From the NCBI RefSeq assembly GCF_009914755.1, contig NC_060934.1: a DNA stretch of 64,000 nucleotides, one strand, 5' to 3'. This DNA comes from the human T2T-CHM13v2.0 reference genome, Homo sapiens. Position numbers and translations under genes: made by a program. Positions 54,465-64,000 of the stretch are shown piece by piece (position 1 is the first letter of the stretch; every line of letters starts with the position of its first letter). The notes under the pieces were generated by a model that had not been told where the DNA came from, ran no database searches, and was given only the letters and a program-made list of their open reading frames with translations.

Positions 54465-54695
54465 GAACACAGCGCAGTGTTTAAACTCATGGACTCTGAA
54501 GCCAGACAGGTCAGGCTCTCATCTTTCTCACCCATTAGTAGCTCTGCGACCTTGGACAGTTACTTAACCACTCTGTGCCCCAGTTCATTTTCAAGTCGTG
54601 GTAATAAGGGCACCAGCTGCACAGGGCTGCAGTGAGGGATGAGTGCACTAATGCCCAGAGAGCTTAGGTCTAGTCCTAGCTTAGAGTAAGCGTGA
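54465..54695 (+). mobile_element. MIR
   Basis: GGACTCTGAAGCCAGAC...GCGACCTTGGACAGTTACTTAACCACTCTGTGCCCCAGTT...AGAGTAAGCG. Confidence 0.85.
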
Positions 54696-54698
54696 ACC

Positions 54699-55402
54699 AG
54701 ATGCCGTCTGTGAACCAGGAAGCAGGTCCTCACTAGACATCAAATCTGCCAGGGCCTTGGTCTTGAACTTCCAGCCTCCAAAACAGTGAGAAACAAATGT
54801 CTGCAGTTGATAACCCTCCAGCTTATGGTATTTTGTTATAGCAGCCGGAGCAGATTAAGGTGGTCACAGTCCTCTTCCTGCAACGATCCCGATGGGCTGG
54901 GAATGAGAGGGCCCTGCGCTGTGATGCTCTTGTGGAGCCTGCACTCTTCCCCACTCTCATCTACTCACTGTGTCCTCACATGGCGGAAGGGGTGAGGGGG
55001 CTCTCCAGGGTCTCTCAAATAAGGGCATTAATTAATCCCATTCATGGGAGCTCCATGCTTGTGACCTAATCACCTTCCAAGTCCTCACCTCCTAACACCA
55101 TCACCTTGGGGGTTGGGTTTCAACATATAAGTTTCAGGGGGACACGAATATTCAGACCATAGCAGTTCCCCTGGATTTGTGGACCAGAAAATCAGTAATG
55201 ATGGAGAAACCCAGCTGACCGTTTTCAGATGGGAAACATTTACTTGATAATTGCTCAACTTTCCCCAAGGAAAGGATGGGCCTATTTGAAAGATTGTTTC
55301 TATCTTCCGTACTTATGTGTCCCTCATGGTCTAGTAAGTAGGGCCTTACACTTAAAAGATAATCAGTAAAATACATAAATAACAAAATACATAAATAAAC
55401 AA
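54699..55402. repeat. Rearranged duplicate of 60022-60697 (MLT1A LTR plus both unique flanks): 54699-54960 inverted, 54958-55370 direct, A-rich tail to 55402
   Basis: Hand alignment including non-LTR flanks, e.g. GATGGGAAACAYTTACTTGATAATTGCTC and CATGGTCTAGTAAGTAGGGCCTTACACTTAA are present in both copies. Confidence 0.95.
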
Positions 55403-56911
55403 TCCGATGCAGAGATAATCACCTCTGCCCTGGAAATGCAGTTGTCTGCTATTGGTTCTTTCTATCGCATCCTCAATCTCCGCTGAGAGGCAGACTCTGG
55501 CACGAGAACAGGTCCACATCACCTGGATGATCCCAATTCAATGTGGTCAAGAAAAGCAAAGCTCTTGTCAGGTCACCAGGTCATAACACAATGAATCGAG
55601 AGGAGACAAAAATCCACTGAAAGAGTTGAAGATGAGCTCTATGGAAGTTTTTATTTTAATGAAATCACAAACCTGACATAAATTCTAACTATTCCCCACT
55701 CCATTTCCGTGTTTCTAGCAGCCTGGACAAAAAAAGAGAGGGAGAGAGAGAGAGAGAAGAAACCATTTCACTCCCACATGAAAGACTCAAATTATAAAAT
55801 AAGAGTTCAAAGAAAATAACTTCAAGAAGAAATCATACAATATTTGCTTCATTTGCTATAATAGTTAGTTAAAACATGGAAATACCTGTTATTAAAACAG
55901 AAGTATTTTGGGATGAGGACCTACATAGGCTCAAGGGAATTTCAAAATTAGTCACCAAAGAAACATCTATATTGGAGCAATGAGAAATAAATGATGCTTA
56001 ATTAACAATACCCCGGACCAACTATCCTGTTCAATAAAGCATTCCAGATTAATACTGATGGCATTCTGAGAATTAAAATTCTGAGTTCAATGGGGTATTT
56101 AAATATATAGCATAATACATTTTCATACAATACACAATAAAGATATAAAGATGTTAACTTATTTTTAAACATTTCACAGAAAGAAGATTTCAGAATATAA
56201 CACAGTATTTTGTTCTAGCATGCAATCTCTGCCTTCTTTTTTGTAACCCTGAGAAGCAAACAGACACACATACAGACATATGTACTTGGTGAGTGAATGT
56301 TCCCTGCTCAGACTGTGTTATCAAGGGAAAATATAATTAATCTCAGGAAATTTTGATCCAATAGCTCAGAAAAGATTTACAGATATCCTCAAATTCTGAG
56401 ATATTGTAATAACTTACCATAGTTGGAAATTAATATGCACAGGTCATCAATGTGTCCTGACTGAAGATTTATGTTGAGAAATATAAACAATAAAAAAGAA
56501 TGTTCACAATGCGAATGGCTTCATGATTCACCTCTGTAAAATACATATTCTAAGACTTTCTCAAACATTTTGAACCAACCTAAAACGTATTTCTCTCTTA
56601 AGCACTGTAAGAGATACTCTCTATATGAAGATTAATCCTTTCAATGTATAAAGGGATTTTATTAAGCAGAGCCAGCCCAGCAGGCCAACAAACCCAGCAG
56701 AGGTCCCAAATATTAATACACGAATCTAACCAAAAAGGGAAAACAGAAAACTGAGTTGGCAAATATCCAGATAACTCCGTGTAAATTCTGTATATCTAGA
56801 TGAGCAGGTCTAGATGTGAGCAGCACTAGTATTTCAGACACGATGGCCTCCACGGCCTCATCTTCACTGCAGCCATTTTCAGCTTAGTTACTAAAATAAT
56901 CTTGCTTATCA

Positions 56912-57560
<649 letters not shown>

Positions 57561-57821
57561 ATAATGGGTTAAAGTTTATAATGGGGTATTTATTTTTCAG
57601 GAAATTTGCCTATTTCACTTAGTTATAAACAAATTCACCAGATAGGAACCGCTAATAAGAAGCTGAGTAAATGTGAATGTCAGAAGTAATCTCCTGTAAG
57701 CACTAACAGAGAGAGAAGACCATGTCTTGGTCAGAGTGAAATATCAAAACAAATTTAATCCTTACCTTTATTGAAGGGGAGACCACATGACAATAAAAAC
57801 TTCCACAGCAAGTTCCTCTAC

Positions 57822-58222
57822 TTCATTTTTGTTTTTATTTTAAATTCTGGCGTACATGTGCACAATGTGCAGGTTTGTTATATGGGTAAACGTGTGCCAT
57901 GGTGGTTTCCTGCACCTATCAACCCATCACCTAAGTAGTAAGCCCAGTATGTGTTAGCTATTTATCTTGATGCTCTCCCTTCCCCCACCCCTCCACCCCC
58001 CTTACAGCCCCGGTGTGTGTGATTCCCCTCCCTGTATCTATGTGTTCTCATTGTTCAGCTCCTACTTATAAGTGCCCATGAATGATAAGCTGGATAAAGA
58101 AAATATGGTACAAACACACTGTGGAATACTATGCAGCCATAAAAAGGAAAAAGATCATGTCTTTTACAGGGGCATGGATGGAACTGGAGGCCATTATCCT
58201 CAGCAAACTAACACGCCAACAG
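57822..58222 (-). mobile_element. Short L1PA insertion with 5' inversion (twin priming), 12 bp TSD
   Basis: Minus-strand 3' UTR at 57825-58074 is joined to a plus-strand ORF2 C-terminus at 58073-58215 (WIKKIWYKHTVEYYAAIK...WMELEAIILSKL). TSD AAGTTCCTCTAC at 57810-57821 and 58223-58234. Confidence 0.93.
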
Positions 58223-58847
58223 AAGTTCCTCTACATTTTAAAGCAGGATGGAAATGTCGTTCCCCTTTCCCTTTTAAACCCCTCCTCAAGTACAGACTTG
58301 GAGTAATTTAGAGGTGAGCCGGAGGTCATTCCTGACAAGGAAAATCCCTTCCCAGCAAAACTTGCTGGAATCAGAGATGGAAGGGAGAGGGGTTTTTCTT
58401 TTCTGTTTTTTTTTTTTTTTTCATCCATGGTTTAAAAATATGCTGAAGGCAGAAAGTTGTATAAATAAATATTGCCTTCTATAAAGTTATTTATTTTACT
58501 TATTTAGGAGACAACACCCTTTTCATAAGTACATCTCTCATGGTTGTATCAATGACTCTTAGAAACCCAGTGTGCACATTTTACAATACCACGTATGCAA
58601 AAGTCACAGACAAGATCAAGGAGCTGATGATCGTAGGAGTCAGGAGAGAGATCTCCTTGAGCGCCTGGTGACCGGTGAAGCAAAGGGTCCACGGAACACC
58701 CTGTTTTATATCTGGGACTCGGCTTCACCAGTGAACTTACCTGCTGAGAATTTAGCAAGCTGTATACTTAATGATTTTTGTGTTTTTATGTATGTGAGTT
58801 ATATTTTAATTTTTAAAATGCACCTAAATATGTTAAACAAATTTTAG

Positions 58848-59174
<327 letters not shown>

Positions 59175-60124
59175 TAAAACTACTTTTTAGCTGATAAGAT
59201 TTGTATGTAATTAACTGAAATTAAGGAGTCAAGAGGAACTTGCTGTATTACTTAATCACAGTGTCACTTTGCATGTTTGCTCCAAATTAACCTCAGGGCC
59301 TTGGTTTCTGTGGAATCCCGGGACACTGGGGGGCAATTGTGGCTCATTCACTGTGGCTCATTCATTCATTGTTGATTGTTCATTAAGGTCCACTTAGCCA
59401 GGCAGCAAGACCCCCCAAGAAATACCCCTGGTAGCTGGTGCCCAAGGACCCTAAAAGCCACCATAGACCCTACATTTATTTAAAGTCTCATGATACCAGC
59501 TTTAGAAATTTTGAAAATGTGTATTCTAATATGCAATGTGCTCATTTGTTTTCAATTTATTTTTAAGATTCTCAAATTTCTGGTAAAATGTAGGAGTTCG
59601 TTTTGGGACTGCCAGTACCTTGGCCTTCTGCCACTTGTAAACCATGGATATGGATTTGATGTGTATCTGGACTCACAAGCTTCCTGGAAAAAATGTACAT
59701 ATGTATAAATACATATATGCACAAATATATATGATGGTTTCTAACACGGATTCTTGAGGTGTTGCATGATTTTATTTGTAGCTGCACAATTTGCTCTCCT
59801 CTTTATTGACAATCCCAACCTTTCTCATCCACAACATCAGAACTTAGTGTTCACAAACATTAACCATGTGCATGGCAGGTGAAAAGCACCCACTACGACC
59901 AAAGGGCATGGCAGGTCCAGAGGAAGAACTGTGACGTGAGATCAAAGATGCACCACCACACAGCCCCTACTGTCACAGTTGCCTGCGTTGTGCACTGATA
60001 CAATACAGGAAGGGGAATGGCATGAGAGTGCCATGGGGAAGGGTCCACACTCCACAAGAACATCACGGTGCAGGGGCCTCTAATTCACAACCCAACGGGA
60101 TAGTTGTAGGTAAAGGACAGGCCC

Positions 60125-60493
60125 CATCTGAGTGTACTCTGGCTGCTATTATAGAATACCATAAGCTGGGAGGCTTATTAACTACAGAAATTTATTTCTC
60201 ACTGTTCTGGAGGCTGGAAGTTCAAGATCAACGTCCTGGCAGATCCGGTGTCTGGTGAGGACCTGCTTCCTGGTTCACAGATGGCATCTACTCGTCTACT
60301 CACTGTGTCCTCACATGGTGGAAGGGGTGAGGGAGCTCTCCAGGGTCTCTTTACTGAGGGCACTAATCTCACTAATGGAAGCTCCATGCTCATGACCTAA
60401 TCACCTTTGAAGTCCCCACTTCCTAAAACCATCACTTTGGGGGTGGGGTTTCAATTTATGAATTTGGGGAGACACAAATATTCAGACCATAGC
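60125..60493 (-). mobile_element. MLT1A-like solo LTR (colinear copy)
   Basis: GGCTGCTATTATAGAATACCATAAGCTGGG...TTCTGGAGGCTGGAAGTTCAAGATC...ATTCAGACCATAGCA; flanks GGCCC/GTCCC fit a decayed 5 bp TSD. Confidence 0.9.
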
Positions 60494-61569
60494 AGTCCCC
60501 TGGATCTGTGGACCAGAGAATCAGCAACGATGGAGCAAGCACCTGACCGTTTCAGATGGGAAACACTTACTTGATAATTGCTCGACGTTTCCCAAGGAAA
60601 GGATGGGCCTATTTGATGGATTGATTCTATCTCTTGTTCTTATATGTCCCCCATGGTCTAGTAAGTAGGGCCTTACACTTAAGAGATTATCAGTAAATGA
60701 TCACTGCATGGAACTGAATTACATTTCATCACTTCCGAATGATCTCATGAGGTCCCTTAAGCAATTTTGCATTTTTATTATTACTCTTATGATGTTCTGT
60801 TTGCTTATGCATAAAAACTTTTCTTACGGGTTAGATAAAAGTTCCTCCTCTTCTCGGCCCCATCATAAAATCAAGAGTTTCATTTCTGCCTTCACAGAGT
60901 CATCATCATTCTCTAAAGTTAACTGTATGTGTCTTTTTCTGCAGACGACTTGACTGAAAAAGCAATTAAGGTAGAATCAGTTCTTAATGGGAGGCAAACC
61001 CTTCCCCTGCTTATGTGTGTCTTGCACTAATATTATGGGATCTCTGTCAACAATGATATCATTAATATGTATTGTGTTCCTGTCATTTTTCTCTTTTCCT
61101 CGTTTTTTTTAAAGCCAGAGTTAACTTTTTAAAAATTTTTTTAAAAGCGTATACCTGAGTTTTTGTCTGATTATCATTAAATTTAGCATGCTTTAAAACT
61201 GGTGCAAGTGACACTTGCATACACACACGTACATATTTGCATTTTCATGCAGGACAAATGGGGAGGACTGCACAGTCCATTAAGCACGCAGTTCAGGTTG
61301 TAAGTGGAACCCTGAGGGGCTCTGGCTCAGGAGCAGCAGTTGATGTAATTTGCTTCTGAGACCAAACTGCAGGTTTGGCAAAGTCTGCTCATTAAGTACC
61401 CTGTGAATTTACCAAAACAAACAGACAAGCTAGTCAAGCATTGGCAATGATTATAATACTGATATTTTAAAAGAAAGAAAGCTCTTCTATTCCATCACAA
61501 TGTGATTTTTTAAAATATCCAATATTAAAGAATGTGTAATCTTTAGCTTAACAGCTACAGCTATTAAAT

Positions 61570-61735
61570 GCTTAATAAATGCTCTCTGTCACTCAGTTTT
61601 TCTTACCATTAAAAAGGGAATAATAGCAGTACCAACTTTATATGGTTATTATAAGATCAAAAATGAGTTACTATGCATTGGGAAATTAGAACAGTGCCTG
61701 GTACGGAGTAGTACTTAATGACTGTTTGCTTTTAT
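61570..61735 (+). mobile_element. MIR
   Basis: CTCTCTGTCACTCAGTTTTTCT...GGGAATAATAGCAGTACC...TTAGAACAGTGCCTGGTAC. Confidence 0.8.
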
Positions 61736-62789
61736 TGCCTGCCTCAACAGACTGAGAATTTTATAAAAGCTGTGATAGTTTTCTATTTGTAAATGACATT
61801 TTCCTTAAAAAAATACTAAATAAATGAATAATTTTAGTATATAAGAGCTATATACTAAATAAAGGAATAAAAAAGTAAGTAAATTAATAAAAGATAGAAT
61901 ACAATCTGCTAAATAGAAAAATATTTTCATAAGGCAGACCTAATATTCATATCTTCATGTGAGTTTTTTATACAAGTAATTTTTGTGTTGGGAGAATTAA
62001 CCTGTAATTGATCAAATCCACCCATTCCCCAGTGTCACTGCAAAATAATCCACAAACTCAAAACCTTTTAAATATCACATTTCAACAAACACTGAGTGTT
62101 TGTTGAAGTCAAGCTGTTAGATAAATCATTAAAAAATGCCTCGTTGAAGAAGTAACCCCATATTCTTTGGGATATGCTATTTGTAGCTATGATTGTTTTA
62201 ACTGCAAGAATCTATGAGATAGGGAAAAAAGAGGAAATGTTACTGCTATTAACAAATAATTATATGGCTTTTTAAAATGAATATATGCATTGTATTTACA
62301 TATGAATTCCATCAAAATAATCTGGGGACACATAAAAAGTCAAAGAAAGTACTGAGATGGCTGAGTCACATCTTCATGCTGCTTTTCAACTCAATTTAGT
62401 TCTGTACTGGAGGAAATAACCAATAAGTGATAAAATTAACACATTTTCCAATGTCCTTTTAGTTTGAATATGAAATATTAAATTTAATTAACTTGTTGAA
62501 AAATAACCATAAGGCCATAATATTAAATTTTACATATTAGAATTATATGTCCAAATGACTAACTAAAATATTATTAGTGCTACTACAGGACCTATTTATT
62601 CTATAGCTTTGGGCCCAGTTGACCAAAACACATAATGAATCTGGAACTGTGCCAATTAGTTGTTACTCAACAAATACTTGATTGATAAATGGTTAAATTT
62701 CTAATGTGAAAAGTCACTTCTACTTATCCCCCTGGGAACACACTGGGTGTGTTTTTACTTAGATATAAAAGGAGTGGTTTCTGTAGCCT

Positions 62790-64000
62790 AATTCAAATTT
62801 AAAAGTTTGGAAAAAACTGCATAAACATAAAAGAAAGAAAGAAATTCAAAACAAGCAGAAAGAAGATAATAAAAATAAGAGCAGAAACCACTGAAATTGA
62901 AAATAACAAAATAATCGAGAAAAATCATTAAAACCAAATGGTTATTCTTAAAAAAAAACTCATAAAACTCTAGAAAGACAAAGACCAAAAGACAGAAAAT
63001 GCAAATCACTAATATTAGTAAAAATAAAATATCCCACAGACCCTGCAGCCAGCCCTTAAAAAGATAAGAAAGGAATGTAACAAAAAGTTTTACACTTACA
63101 AATTTGGCAACTTAGGAGAAATAAGCTAACTGCTTGAAAACAATAGACTCCCCAAACTCAACCTGAAAGAGAGCACCTGAATAGTCCTATAACCACTAAC
63201 GAAGTTTTATTTGTAATTACAATATTCCTAGTAAATCTCAGATCCAGATGGCATCACTGAAAATTTTTTACCAAATATTTAAATAAGAGTTTACACTACT
63301 CTTAGAAAATCTCTTCCAGAGAATACAGAGGACCGCATTCTTGTTTGTTTTGTTTGTTTGCTTGTTTGTTTTTATATTCAAATTGCTGTGATCTGAAAGA
63401 AGAGCTCTCTTCACAATTCACTTTATGAGGTCGGCATTTTCTTGATAATAAAAATAGGGAAAGATGGTACCAAAAAAAGAAAAAATCCCCCTACAGACCA
63501 ATATCATTCATGAGCTGAGATACAAAACTCCTCCACAGAATACTAACAAATCAAACCCAGAAACGTACAGCAAGAATTACACACCATGACCAAGTAGGGT
63601 GTATTCCAGGAATGCACGGCTCACTCAACATTTGAAATCCATTAATGTAATTCACCTGTCAACAGGTCAAAAAGAAGAAAGACCACATGATCACATCAGT
63701 TAATATGCACATACACAAATGGCAAAATCTAACATCCATTCGTGATAACGAATAACTCCCAGGAAGTTAGGAATAGATGGGAACTACTGAAATTCCATAA
63801 AGAGTGATTTAAAAATACCTACAGCTAACACCATGGTTACCAAAAGAGTGAACTCCTTCCCCCAATATCAGGCACAAGGCAAGGACATCCATGTTCACCC
63901 TTTGTGATTCAACATCATACAGGAAGTTTGGCTACCACAGTAGAGTAAGAAGACAAAAATAAAATGTGTACCTAAGAAAAGGAAGAAACTAAGTGTTCCT
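62790..64000 (+). mobile_element. Old L1 ORF2 fragment running off the window end
   Basis: AAAATAAGAGCAGAAACCACTGAAATTGAAAA; TACAGACCAATATCATTCATGA; CACCATGACCAAGTAGGG; ACAAGGCAAGGACATCC...TTCAACAT. Confidence 0.9.

Noticed and set aside
54690-55410. AACCAGATGC / AATCCGATGC as the TSD of the duplicated insert
   Set aside because: Short, imperfect, and it overlaps sequence already explained by donor homology; it cannot be accepted without an empty-site orthologue.

Overview
This is primate, very probably human, non-coding genomic DNA (intergenic or deep intronic). The evidence for that is an SVA with what I recall as SVA_E diagnostics, plus several AluY copies. No protein-coding gene, RNA gene or CRISPR array can be supported; the listed ORFs are Alu/L1/LTR/SVA-derived or look like chance frames. 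From about 3 to 21 kb the window is a nested stack of old + strand L1s carrying a TSD-flanked SVA, MaLR LTRs and Alus. From about 23 to 39 kb it is mostly unique sequence with several blocks that look like conserved enhancers; the rest is a mix of Alu, L2, MIR, LTR and DNA transposons. I found no new coding system. The most unusual signals are rearrangements visible directly in the sequence: (1) a ~700 bp A-tailed copy (54699-55402) of a segment 5.3 kb downstream (60022-60697), with its 5' part inverted as in L1 twin priming; (2) a ~125 bp-arm, ~86% identical inverted repeat with a nested inner palindrome (34863-35367); (3) an end-to-end SVA whose VNTR is only ~3 units; (4) a minisatellite with strictly alternating 76/70 bp units; (5) a micro template-switch hairpin inside an old L1; and (6) a candidate 21-nt microexon. 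Repeat subfamily names come from my recollection of consensus sequences and need RepeatMasker/Dfam confirmation. Percent identities are hand counts.
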